A DNA stretch of 64,000 nucleotides from Eledone cirrhosa (Eukaryota). Under the pieces are notes generated by a model. It was not told the DNA's origin. It ran no database searches and worked only from the letters and a program-made list of their open reading frames with translations. The position numbers and the translations under genes are program-made. This document shows positions 14,887 to 26,326 of the stretch, piece by piece (position 1 is the first letter of the stretch; the number at the start of each line of letters is the position of its first letter). The stretch covers positions 65,720,001-65,784,000 of the forward strand of contig OZ024740.1 in NCBI GenBank assembly GCA_964016885.1. Reading direction: 5' to 3'.

Positions 14887-15769
14887 GATGTGTGTCAGAA
14901 AAGTTTCAGGACTGATGTCACAAAAGATTTATTTCAAACCCAAACTTCACATTAAGAGGTTTCTCCTTCAAAGTAGTCCCCCTAGAGTCTAATGCACTTT
15001 TACATCCTTTTCTGCCACGCTTGCATGCACTCCTGGAAGGGTTCTTCCGGGATCCTCCGCAGTTCCGTCGTCATGGCCTTTTTGATGTCGTCCACGTCTT
15101 CAAAACGGGTCTCCTCCGGGTTGTACTCGAAGATCCATGACTCATCACCGGTGATGACTGTCCCTAGCAAGTCTGCTTCGGTTTCAAGACGCTCCAGGAT
15201 GTCCTGGCACACTTTCATGCGTCTACCCTTCTGTTCATCGTTCAGCAGTTTTGGCACCATCTTCGTGCAGACTTTCCGCATGTTCAAATCTTCAGTGACA
15301 ATATTCCAGACGCAGTCCCGATTGATGCCCAACTCCTTTGTCATCAGTCGAACAGTCAGCCGACGATCGCTACGCACCATCTGCCCGACGCGCTCAACGT
15401 TGACCTCAGTCATAGTTGTTGAGGGCCTTCTGCTCCTGGGGTCATCTAGCACGTTCTCGCGACCTTCTTTAAACCTCTTTCACCACTCATAAACACACGA
15501 GCGTGACATCGTCTCATCTCCATACACTTGCTGCAGCAACAGTACCAGAAACTTCAAGTTTGTTTGTTGCTCTGCGCTCATTGCTTGACGACCTGAAACA
15601 GAGGACATGTATATAAAATTATGAAGAAAAAGTGTGATTGCTGCAGAGAGCTACGATTACAGTTACATACTCTAGGGGGATTACTTTGAAGGAGAAAAGT
15701 GTTAGTATGAAGTTTGGGTTTGAAATATATCTTTTGTGACATCAGACCTGGAACTTTTCTGACACACCT

Positions 15770-15771
<2 letters not shown>
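14886..15771 (-). mobile_element. Internally deleted mariner DNA transposon
   Basis: ~105-bp imperfect terminal inverted repeats (CGATGTGTGTCAGAAAAG.../...CTTTTCTGACACACCTCA) within (TA)n. Confidence 0.92.
15000..15581 (-). pseudogene. Mariner transposase remnant lacking most of the DD34D domain
   Basis: [12 protein letters not shown]..., DDPRSRRPST, KMVPKLL (WVPxxL motif), ITGDESWIFEYNPE joined directly to RFEDVDDIK; the second and third Asp and YSPDL are deleted. Confidence 0.9.
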
Positions 15772-15812
<41 letters not shown>

Positions 15813-15845
15813 AGAGTCAGAACCCCGACGGCTGAGCTCCGGTCG

Positions 15846-15923
<78 letters not shown>

Positions 15924-16007
15924 CTTTGAATAACTTTGAAATGTTTTGGCCAGTATTGGCCCAGGCAATGTCTAACTTAATAGCACCACCTGGCGAAGTC
16001 TTTCAAT

Positions 16008-19000
16008 TCAGGATTTGGGCACCATGGCCCATTCGAGAAGAGAATTACTGTTTGCGGAGACATATCCGGGTGTGGGTGGTTTGTCCGGGATTACTTGGAG
16101 GAATTTGTCCAAAGACTTCTTGAATTTTGTGTGGTCAGTTTCTGTTTTGACGTGTTCTGGTGTGATGTTGAAGAGAGCAGGGCCGATTGAGGTGAAATAA
16201 TTGTGCCGTATTGTTGTTATGAGTTGCGATTTAGATTTTTGAATGGGACGGATAGCACGGGGCCCAAGCCTTGGGTGTATCTTGAAGGCGATGCCAACAT
16301 CATTTGGGCAGTGATGATGGAACATTTTCCACATCATGCAGATAATATAACGCTCACGGCGACGTTGGAGTGAGTAAAGTTTCAGGTTTTCTAATCGACC
16401 CCCAGTAGTCAAGGTCTGACATGCCATCTATCTTTTTCGTGATTGCCCTTTGAGGAGCTTCAAGTTTCATGATACTTTGTTTCGTGTGGGGAGACCACAG
16501 TGGACAACAGTATTCAAGGTGTGGTCGGGCAAAAGTAGAGAAGAGAAGGATAATGGTGCGGGAATCTCTCGACTGGAAGGTTCTGAGGATCCAGGAACAC
16601 ATTCTGCGGGCCATGTCAACTTTGCTGCTTATATGCGTGGTCCAGCTTATGTTGCTGTCCACGGTTACTCCCAAGTCTCTGATGTTGTTAGATGCCACGA
16701 GAGTTTCCCCGGAGGGAAGGGAGTACGGGAGTTTCAGAGCATCCTCTTTTCCAAAGTGGATCAGTTCGAATTTGTCTTCGTTCAGTAACATGTTGTTCTA
16801 TTCTGCCCATTGGGTAACAGCCAGTAGGCCTGACTGAAGGCTTATCCGGTCATCCACGCCATTGATGACCTTTTCGAGCTTGGAATCATCAGCGAAAATT
16901 TTAATGTTGCTGTGTTTGATGATGTCAGTGATGTCATTAATATAGATGATGAAGAGAAGTGGGGCCAACACAGTGCCTTGTGGGACCCCACTACTGACTT
17001 TGGCTGGGCTTGATGTGACTCCCTCAACTACAACATGTTGGGTTCTGTTTGACAGGAAGCTCTTGATCCACTGCAGCAGCTTTCCAGTGACACCAATATT
17101 GGACAGCTTTCTCAGTAGAATGTTATGATCAACCCTGTCAAAGGCCTTGCTGAAATCAAGGTAGATAACATCAGTGTTGGAACCCTCTCCCAAGGCTCTC
17201 AAAATGTCATCAAAGTGATGCAGTAGCTGCGTCAGGCAATCCCTTCCATTACGGAATCTATGCTGGTTGGAGTTCAGCATATTGTTACTCTCAAGGAAGT
17301 GGGTCATTCGCGATCTCACCACTCTCTCAAATACCTTAATGTTATGAGAGGTGAGTGAGATTGGACGGTAATTCACGGCAAGGGATTTGTTTCCCTTTTT
17401 GAAAACTGGGACAACAGACTGGGATAGAAGGTTTTCTGGCACATATCCAGCATCCAGTGAGTTCCGCCACAGATTGGCAAGAGGAGATGCAAGTTTGTGT
17501 TGACACGCCTTCAAGACACAAGCAGGGAACCTATCGGGACCTACTGCTGAATTATGCTTGATTTCCTTTATTGCCGCCAAGACATCAGGGGCGCCAAACG
17601 TTATGTCCGATAAGGTGTAATGGGGAGTAACATCGCTGATACAGCCCAGATCGGCCATATCAGGATTGCTGAAAACAGAGCAGTATTGTTTCTGCAGTAT
17701 CTCACCCATGGTTTTAGCATTGTCTTGAAGAGTGCCATTTTCATCAATTAGAGGGCCAACAGTAGAGCCAGTGATTTTGTGTTTTTTTGCAAATGAAAAG
17801 AACACTTTGGGATTGAGTTTGATCTTCTCAATGGCCCAGGCCTCTTCAGCTCTTCTCTGATTGTTGATGAGGGACATTATGTTGTTTTGGAGGTTATGTT
17901 TTTTAATCTCTAGTGATGAAATGGCAGTCAATGATGAAATGGCAGTCAAGTTGATGTGTTGCTGCTGACAGTATTTCAGCTTGTTGATTTTTTTTTTTTT
18001 TTTTTTTTTTGTTCGTTCTCTTAATTTTTCTGATGAGCGTTTTTCTATTTCTAGGGATTCTGCTCTTAGATTTGTTTATAGTTCTTAATGGAGTGTGTTT
18101 AGCACATATGTTTGTAACAGTGTCCACAAATGTCTGCCAGGACTTTTTGATGTTAGTGGGTGTATGAGTGTGCGTGAAGGACCAGTCGACATGTGCAAGA
18201 TCATGACTGATCGCTTCCCAGTTTGCATTGTGGAAATCCATAGCGTCAAACGGATGGACAGGAGAGATGACATTGGGTTTGTATATTGGACGGTGGAATC
18301 TCAGATCACAGAGAACCATGTCATGATCAGAGAGTAGAGTTTTCTCCACTGCAATATTGTGGGTATTGTCAGTGTGATTGCTGAAAATTAAGTCTAGGAC
18401 GTTTTTGTGGCACCTCGTTGGTTCGAGCACCAGTTGGGATAGGAAGAAATCATCCATGAAGTCAAGAAGCGATTCCACAGCTTCCCTGTCAGAGGTTGAG
18501 GCAGAAGAACCTGGTGGCAGGCTGTTTGTGGACCAGTCAACTCCGGGGAGGTTGAAGTCCCCCATCATTAAGATGTTGTCAGGGTGACACTCTTGGATGA
18601 AACACTTTATGCTGTTGAGGCATTCCTTGAAGCATGGTACAGGCGTTTGGGGTGGCCTATAGAGCCCAACTACTAATAGGTTGTTGGTTTGACTGAATAC
18701 AGTGACTGCTTCACAGTATCCATTAGTGAATATGTTCATAGCCTCTGTTGAGAAAGAATTATGGACATAAATGGCAGTTCCGCCCTTTCTTCTGCCAGCG
18801 CGATCAGCACGGATGGCTTTGCAATTTTTCACTTTCACCTCGGCTTCCAAGTGGAGGTTACTGAGATGGGTTTCAGTGAGGACGAAGAAAGGGATGTGGT
18901 TTGGATGGACATCAATCCAGTCCTCCAGGAATTTGATCTTCCATTTTTGAGTATTGGTGGAAGGGCTGATGCTTTGGGCGTTAAGCAAAAATGTAGAGGC

Positions 19001-19063
19001 GAGAGTGGATGGTTTTAATTGTTTTGGTGTGTTGTTAATTTGTTTGTTTGTTAATGGCAGCAA
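16008..19063 (-). pseudogene. LINE ORF2 (APE endonuclease plus RT), disrupted
   Basis: LNAQSI, LTETHL, GLYRPP, MGDFNLP, LSDHDMV; NYRPISLTS, YLDFSKAFDRVDH, SGVPQGTVL, FADDSK, RPHLEYC, LYSLQRRRER. Frameshifts near 17950-18010 and ~16400; stop at 16798. Confidence 0.93.
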
Positions 19064-20199
19064 TGGGAGTTTGTGCAGTGGGGTGATAGTGGAGGGTGGT
19101 GCTGGGTGATAGCTCGAATGTTTTTTTCCAGTTCTTTTGCCAGATTCATTATGGCTAAAAAAGCGGAAGAGGTTTCCTGTTTAGAAGACTGTTGGTGACT
19201 GTGGTAGTGGTTATTTTTATGTAGGTTATGGTTTTTGTTTTTGCTTTTATTTTTAATGTTATTTTCATTTGTCCGACGGGTCCCCGGGAGATGGGTAAAG
19301 GGACAATCCCGGTCTAAACACAATCTGTCTCGCAGGGAAAAGCGGCAGATTTGTGGATTCCTTGTTTGAGTTATTGGTGGTTGTGTTGGTGTTAAATTAG
19401 AGTATCTATTATGGTGGTGGCTGTTTGTGGGGATAGATCGTTTTGTCCTAGGTAAATGGGTGAATTTGCAGCCACTATCCGTACATATTCTATAGCGTAG
19501 AGAGTAGCGGCAAATGATGGGGTTTTGAGTGGGTGGGTATGTGGGTGTGTGTGTTGTGAGAGGTGTAGATGATGGTTTGGGTAGGATTTGACGACCTTTG
19601 TGGACTGTGGGAGGGAGAGTTCTTGTTCTGGTATTAGAAGGTAAATTCCTTGACATAGCAGTAGACAAAAATGTTGTAGTAGTAGTAGTAGTAGGCAGAG
19701 ATGTTGGCAGTGGTGATGATTGGACTGCTGGGCCAGAGAAAGGATGTGGCGTTTCATGCTGTGAGACAGAGGCTACTGGGGGGTCAATAGTTTCATTTAG
19801 TAGATCGGCCATTGTTGATGAATCAAGGAGTGGTTCACACTGTTGTTGTCGTTGTTGTTGTTGTTGATGTTGTTGATGTTGTTGTTGTAGCTGTTGTTGT
19901 TGTTGCCGTTGTAGCTGCTGTTGTTGTTGTTGCTGCTGCTGGACAGCATTCGAAGAAAAAACACACCGTAGTTTATCCAAATGTTTATTGATTAATTTAA
20001 AAGCAATTTCGATTTGCTTTAATTTATTTTGAATCTGTTGTTCAGATCGAGTTTTCAAAAATTGAACTGTACGTTTAGCAATGTCGTTCAGAGATGAAGC
20101 ATCTATGTCTTCTGTTTGGGTAAGGCAATGCCATGTGTTTATTAGAATGTCGATTTCATTATCAGACCAGTTCTGTTTGGATTTTTGCTGGTTAGCCAT
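19051..20199 (-). CDS. LINE ORF1: Myb/SANT-like N-terminus, polyQ, two CCCH zinc fingers
   Basis: Open from ATG at 20199. NWSDNEIDILINTW...RSEQQIQNKLKQI; CRYSLRYRICTDSGCKFTH and CRFSLRDRLCLDRDCPFTH (Cx8Cx4Cx3H). Confidence 0.8.
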   Translation of the reverse strand: MANQQKSKQNWSDNEIDILINTWHCLTQTEDIDASSLNDIAKRTVQFLKTRSEQQIQNKLKQIEIAFKLINKHLDKLRCVFSSNAVQQQQQQQQQLQRQQQQQLQQQHQQHQQQQQRQQQCEPLLDSSTMADLLNETIDPPVASVSQHETPHPFSGPAVQSSPLPTSLPTTTTTTTFLSTAMSRNLPSNTRTRTLPPTVHKGRQILPKPSSTPLTTHTPTYPPTQNPIICRYSLRYRICTDSGCKFTHLPRTKRSIPTNSHHHNRYSNLTPTQPPITQTRNPQICRFSLRDRLCLDRDCPFTHLPGTRRTNENNIKNKSKNKNHNLHKNNHYHSHQQSSKQETSSAFLAIMNLAKELEKNIRAITQHHPPLSPHCTNSHCCH

Positions 20200-20321
20200 T
20201 CTAGTTTTGAGTGTGTGTGTTTTAGTTAAGTATTTCAATATATATATATTTTTTTTTAATTTATTTTTGATTTATTTGTTTTTGTTTTTTGTTTTTTGTT
20301 TTTTGTTTTTCGTATATATAT

Positions 20322-20510
20322 AAGGGCGGTGGATTGGCAGTATCGGTGGAGGATCGGACGCCATGCATTCCAGCATAGTTACGTCCCTTTACGATCTGAG
20401 TTCAAATCCCGCCGAGGTTGACTTTGCCTTTCATCCTTACGGGGTCGATAAAATAAAGTACCAGTAACGCACTGGGTAATTGATGGCCTTGTGCCTAAAG
20501 TAGAAACAGT

Positions 20511-20512
<2 letters not shown>
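20322..20512 (+). mobile_element. Full-length tRNA-derived SINE
   Basis: A box TGGCAGTATCGG, B box GAGTTCAAATCCC, conserved core, GTAGAAAC end. About ten copies in the window. Confidence 0.9.
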
Positions 20513-20548
<36 letters not shown>

Positions 20549-20587
20549 AAATATAAAACAATCAAATCTTAGTTTAATACATTTAAT

Positions 20588-20626
20588 TGCTGACAAGTGT
20601 TTCTTCCAGTCTAATTCATCGGAGCA
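20588..20626 (-). ncRNA. Minimal hammerhead, U4C variant, weak stem II
   Basis: TGCT CCGATGA ATTAGACTGGAA GAAA CACTTG TC AGCA. Confidence 0.5.
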
Positions 20627-20858
20627 TACGCAATGTTTAAACAGGTAATTAAAATCCTAGTCTTCAGAACATTTATATAAATACATAAATATTGACAGTG
20701 TCAGTGACATCTTATAGAAAATCAAGAGTTACAAACAGATGTTATGCTACAGAAATCACAGTATAAGGAACAGAAGTATATATTGAGTTAGAAACTCAGA
20801 ATAGTCCCTTACAATTAAGGAAAAACATTTCTGAGCCGTATAATATAATTTAATGTAA

Positions 20859-20965
20859 TAGTTGTTTCTACTTTTGGCACAAGACCAGCAATTAGCCAGT
20901 GCATTACTGGTACTTTATTTTATCGACCCCGTAAGAATGAAAGGCAAAGTTAACCTCGGCGGGAT
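20859..20965 (-). mobile_element. 5'-truncated SINE abutting TTAGGG repeats
   Basis: Reverse complement of the SINE core, cut within the B box; GGTTAGGGTTAGGGTTA follows at 20966-20982. Confidence 0.85.
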
Positions 20966-21114
20966 GGTTAGGGTTAGGGTTAAACACAGATATGTGTTCA
21001 AATCATAAGGGACATAATTCGCTATGATTTCAACACATATATGTATATATCTGTGTTTATCTCTCTTTATTCTATTAAATTCTTCCTGGGACTTTTTGCC
21101 CTAGGAAAGGAAAA

Positions 21115-21197
21115 TACTTTCCGAAGATCTTCTCTTTTCCATTGGAGATCCCATGGATTTCTAATGTTTTGTGAAGTGAAACTGATCAGTAAAAGCA
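21115..21197 (+). ncRNA. Type I hammerhead, copy 1
   Basis: TACTTT CCGAAGA [CTTC...GAAG, 50 nt] GAAA CTGATCAG TA AAAGCA; predicted cut after 21191. Confidence 0.72.
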
Positions 21198-21600
21198 CTG
21201 GGGTGAGTAAATATTTAAATTATATTTTTCAAAATTAAAAAAAAAAAATTGTTTGAATTTTGCTTGTTCTGCTTATCTCAATATTATAGTTCTGGTATGT
21301 CAAAGTAATACCATTGAACAACCCTGTTTCATAGACACCCTATATATTTCCACGGGTACTTAGTACCGGTGGGCATATTAACTTCATTTAATATTCTACG
21401 TTATGTAGAGAACAAATCTGTTGTTCTATTTAGCTGCTATTTTTAGTGGTGAGACAGACAACACGTATATGTTTACTTCCGCTTTTGCTACGGACTGGTT
21501 CATGTATAGGTCAAATTTCGGCCTCTTTCGATCCTGTACTAGATAGTAGAACGCAATATATTTTGCCGTTCCTGGGAACTTTTGCCCTAGGAAAGGAAAA

Positions 21601-21683
21601 TGCTTTCCGAAGATCTTCTCTTTTCCATTGGAGATCCCATGTATTTCTAATGTTTTGTGAAGCGAAACTGATCAGTAAAAGCA
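21601..21683 (+). ncRNA. Type I hammerhead, copy 2
   Basis: TGCTTT CCGAAGA [CTTC...GAAG] GAAA CTGATCAG TA AAAGCA; perfect stem I; predicted cut after 21677. Confidence 0.78.
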
Positions 21684-21760
21684 CTGGGGTGAGTAAATAT
21701 TTAAATTATATTTAATTTTTTTTTTTTAAAGTGTTTGAATTTTGCTTGTTCTGCTTATCT

Positions 21761-21896
<136 letters not shown>

Positions 21897-22121
21897 AATA
21901 TATATATGTGTGTGTGTTTGTGTATTTTTATGTGTTTGAGCATGTGTATGTATGTGTGTGTATGTGTGAGCGTGGGTATGTGTGTAAGAGTTGCACTGGA
22001 ATAAGATAACAAGTTATATAACTTACAGACTGAGAGTATGCCTTACTGCATACATAGACATTTAAACCATCTTAGGGCTATTAATTAAACTGGTGAACAC
22101 TCTTTCCAATAAAATTTCTAG

Positions 22122-22187
22122 ATTTTCAGTTAATGAAGAGTTATTCATTCTGAGTGCTGAAGCCTTGGCGAGATCCGGATATAAAGA
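22122..22187 (+). other. Candidate 66-nt symmetric coding exon
   Basis: ttctag|...AAAGA|gtaatg, encoding FSVNEELFILSAEALARSGYK; paralogous to 23716-23778. Confidence 0.3.
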
Positions 22188-22837
22188 GTAATGACTTATT
22201 TTCCTGGAAATTCTAATGATCTCATAACTGGTTTACGCAGCATAGACAACATTAAGTTTAGAAATAAAGCTGACTCCAATAGGAACGTAACAATTGATAA
22301 CAATATTTGATCCACTCTCAAAAATAAGCATAATATAAGTGCAAAATATTTGTCTACACCAGATGCGATTATAGTAACTTAAACTATCAGATATAATGTA
22401 TACAACAGACACCATACATCAATCACGATTCATATTATATTATTATTTGTAAATAACTTACAGTTGAGAACAAACTGTCATGTTATAATAATGTATGTGA
22501 ACCAATTATTCAGCAGAAACATCGAAACGATAAAACTGAAAACAAATTATGATACAAATAGAGGTAAATGATACATTTTAGAGAAGATCATTAGCTAGCA
22601 AAGCATTTAGGTAAGGAGAGGGAATAAATTCTATGTTACTAAAATATTTTATACATTACAGAGAGAGATTAAATACATTTCAACTATAGTATGTTACAAA
22701 AGTTTGAGTAAGTGTGTAGCAAGAATGAAATTACTGTGATGAATAAATAAGAACAACGTAGCTATAATATAGAGGTATAAAAAAGGAAAATTAGATACGT
22801 GTTTCAATACAGGATGCCAGAAATAATTTGAACTAAT

Positions 22838-22892
<55 letters not shown>

Positions 22893-22896
<4 letters not shown>

Positions 22897-23097
22897 AAAG
22901 GAATCAGGATCCTGACGGCCGAGCTCCCGCCGTTTCGACAGCTAGGTCCTGACTGATTTCGGATCCTGCTGTCGAATCGGCCGGAATTCAGCCGTTGAGG
23001 TCCTGACTCTTTTCCTATTACCCACTCTACTACCCTAAGTATCGAGTACTCTGGTACATTATGATCAACCTGGTTCCTTACCGCACTTTCTTTGTTA
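22893..23097 (+). mobile_element. Fold-back element with tail (family F, copy 1)
   Basis: Imperfect hairpin 22893-23017 plus 80-nt tail TTACCCACTCTACTACCCTAAGTATCGAG...GTTA, in (TA)n. Confidence 0.8.
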
Positions 23098-23181
23098 TAT
23101 ATGTATATATATATATGTATACAACACACATACACACACACACATATATATATACATATAATACATATGTATATATATATA

Positions 23182-23328
<147 letters not shown>

Positions 23329-23448
23329 ATATGCGTGTGTGTGCGGCGTGTGTGTATGTGTGTGAGTGTTACCCTGGATTCTGATACCAGATTATATAGA
23401 CCTTATAAATCGAGAGAATATATTTACTCCGTACATAGTCTTTCAAAC

Positions 23449-23651
23449 CAGGCATGTCAAATATGTGGCCAACGGGCCGCGTGCGTCATTTTACAAACAC
23501 ACCTGCGGCGCACACAAAGGTTTTTACAGCGCGTGGGGGTTTTATCTAAAACAATGTGTTGTAATGTTCGCAAATAGTTGTCTTATGTGGCTCGCAGACA
23601 ATACATATGTGATCCATGTGGTCCTCGGGGACCCTCAGTTTAATATGCCTC
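23449..23651. mobile_element. hAT (Charlie-like) MITE
   Basis: Termini CAGGCATGTCAAA and TTTAATATGCCTC; 8-bp TSD TTTCAAAC / TTTTAAAC. Confidence 0.7.
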
Positions 23652-23715
23652 TTTTAAACAACCTTAGGGCAATAATTTAATCTTTAGTGTAGTTTTTCCA
23701 ATGAAAGAAATCTAG

Positions 23716-23778
23716 ATTTTCAGCTAATGAGGAGCTATTCAATGAGGGTGCTGACTTTTATGTTGAAACCCTGGCTAG
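23716..23778 (+). other. Candidate 63-nt symmetric coding exon
   Basis: tctag|...GCTAG|gtaaat, encoding FSANEELFNEGADFYVETLA. Confidence 0.35.
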
Positions 23779-23926
23779 GTAAATATTAATTATTTCTTTT
23801 CCCGATAATACTAACGAATTAATAACTAGTTTAGGCAGCATTGCCAACAATAAGAGTAGAAATAAAGATAACCCCATTAAAAACGAAACAGCTGTTAACA
23901 ACATTTGAACCACTGACAAAAATAAT

Positions 23927-24028
23927 CACGATCATCATCATCCTCATCATCATCATCATCAAATTGTCGTCGTCTTATTCTTCTTCTTCTTCTCCTTCTT
24001 CTTCTTCTTCTTCTTCTTCTTCTTCTTC

Positions 24029-24090
<62 letters not shown>
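23927..24090. repeat. Compound microsatellite (ATC)n-(TCT)n-(TTA)n
   Basis: Read directly; the TTA part abuts the first Tx1 element. Confidence 0.95.
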
Positions 24091-24299
24091 GGCGACCTAC
24101 GTAGTAAATCGTATCATCGTGAGCTCCGCAAAGGTTTGTTATTTCCGTTTGTTAAAAATTGCCATTTATGGAAATTTTTTTATTGTTAACCATATATAAG
24201 CGCACATACATTGTTTTCCGAAAAGGACACCCAAAAAGATTGGGGCCTTGTGCCCAAAATTTAAACTTTTATTATTATCAAAAATTTCTTTGAAAAAAA

Positions 24300-26292
24300 G
24301 TGGCTAATTCACCTCTGCACCTAGCAGCTGAAAGCCTTCCTCACAAATTAACACCTCACACCGACACCACCATTGTAAATGTTACTACGTTTGCCAACAC
24401 TACAAATAATATAAGCAGTAGCAATATTTTAAATTTGTCTCAGGCAGACATTCATTTCCCGCCTTTACCAATGACTGCAGTTGTTAAAGCCTCCACCACC
24501 ACCACCACGGCGACAACCACCACCCCCACCACCACAGCGACAACAGAAACAAAAGAAGAAAAAAATAAATTAACTCGTGATGTCGAAATGAAATCAAGCA
24601 AAATGGACTCTTCCCCACCAAAGACGACTGACGTCACCACCACCACAACTGAAACTAAAATTAACATTAACACAAATAACGATAGCAACAACAACAACAA
24701 TGACATTATAAAAACGACCCTCAGTTTCGCCAGAGTAGCAAAACAGTTCGAAGCATTTACGGTAACTCAGGAGGATTTAGAAAATGCCAAACAAATGGTA
24801 AAGAAAGATGGGTACAGGATCAGCCTCACCCCCCCACCTAATAAAATGGAGCATCGGCGCCTATGCACAGTGTCGTATCGAACAATAAATGTAAAATCGC
24901 GCCGAGTGGAACGGGCATCCGAGTCCCAAATCCAAAAAGATTTGGGAATATGTGGGCAAGAAAAACCCACATCAGACGTGGGCAAAAGTATGAAACCGTG
25001 GACGTGTTCTTTGAAACACCAGAGGAGGCTAGATAACACTCCATGGCTCCATTAAGAAGTGACGACTTCACACTCGTCCCAAGCTATTGTGGCCAGAGAC
25101 TCGTAAAGATCAGGGTGACCCACGTTCCACCGGCCATCGAAATTCCCTGGCTAATAGCGGCCGTCCTCGCCGGCATCGAAGCCAACACAAAAATAATAGC
25201 AATAGCAAAAGAAAAGCAGGAGAACTGGTCCGGATCTGGGATGGAGCTCCTGATCCAAGCGGACCAAAAAAGCATTGAGGAGATCCCAGAGGTAATAAAC
25301 CTCACTGACGGCAGCCACCTCACGGTAATTGTCGAGGGCAGAAGACCTAGGTGTGTCGTTTGTGGTGAAGGAACCCACCTAAAGGCTTTCTGCCCTCAGG
25401 CTAAAAGGTTGAGGCCACCTCTCCTACCCACCCCAGTGACACAACCATCAACACCACCAGTAGCAGAGATAGCAGCAACAACTGTAGCAGCAACAACAGA
25501 AGCAACTATAACAGCAACAACCCCAGCAACAGTAGCAGAACCAACACCACCACCACCACCAGCAAAACCAACACCACCACCACCCAACACTTCAGAACTA
25601 GCACCAGCGCCTACACCATCCACTACGCCACAAGCAAAACTAACGCCTGTGGAGGATTTTCCACTCCCCGGCCTATCACAACTGGAGACAGATTGTGACG
25701 ACGAGGAGTGGGAAACGATATCCGGAAAAAAAAAAGAAACCAAAAAAGAAATAATTCTCTTCCTTCCCCCTCCAAAAACAAAATACAAAGGGAAACAAAT
25801 AAATTAAGAAACAAAAAAGTTAGGACAGATATGCCACCATCCACACCAGCATCCCCAACCCCATCAACCCAAACACCAACACCATCACCATCATTAACCC
25901 CAACAGCACCATCACCTACACCACAAAATTCACCAAAATGCGAAACAGAAACAAACCCACAACAAACGCAAACAAAACAAAACAACCAAAACGATACACA
26001 CTACACAGCATTAAATTTGAACAACAAGCCATTATTACACTACATCCAACACAACACCAGCATTACAGAAAAAGACTACACAACAACCCCAAAATTCACA
26101 CCACCTCCACACATACAAATCACTTGTATCACACAGAAAACGTACATGACACTAAAACAAAAATTCCACAAAGACATCGGAGACTTCCGACAAGCACTCT
26201 CCAGCAGGATTTATAAGGACATCCTTCCTGAGGAGGCTACAAGCAGTGAAAAGGATGGAAAAACTGTCCTTCCCCTACGAGAAGTAAGGTAA
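24300..26292 (+). pseudogene. Tx1 ORF1 (gag-like, CCHC knuckle), frameshifted
   Basis: RPRCVVCGEGTHLKAFCP (Cx2Cx4Hx4C), Thr/Pro-rich linkers, three consecutive frames. Confidence 0.85.
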
Positions 26293-26326
26293 GTGGTCTT
26301 TCCCATCTTTTCCACTCCTTTTCAAC

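Larger units (their letters stand above)
15921..20312 (-). mobile_element. Near full-length CR1-group (Jockey superclade) LINE
   Basis: ORF1 plus APE-RT ORF2; 3' tail (TTCAAAGTTA)2 abutting (TA)n. Confidence 0.92.

Noticed and set aside
20322-20415. tRNA gene
   Set aside because: A and B boxes are present but there is no cloverleaf; it is the head of a multi-copy SINE.
22122-22187. Resemblance of NEELF..AEAL..SGYK to GH27 alpha-galactosidases
   Set aside because: Too short, the following YxxIDDCW motif was not seen, and the paralogue does not fit.
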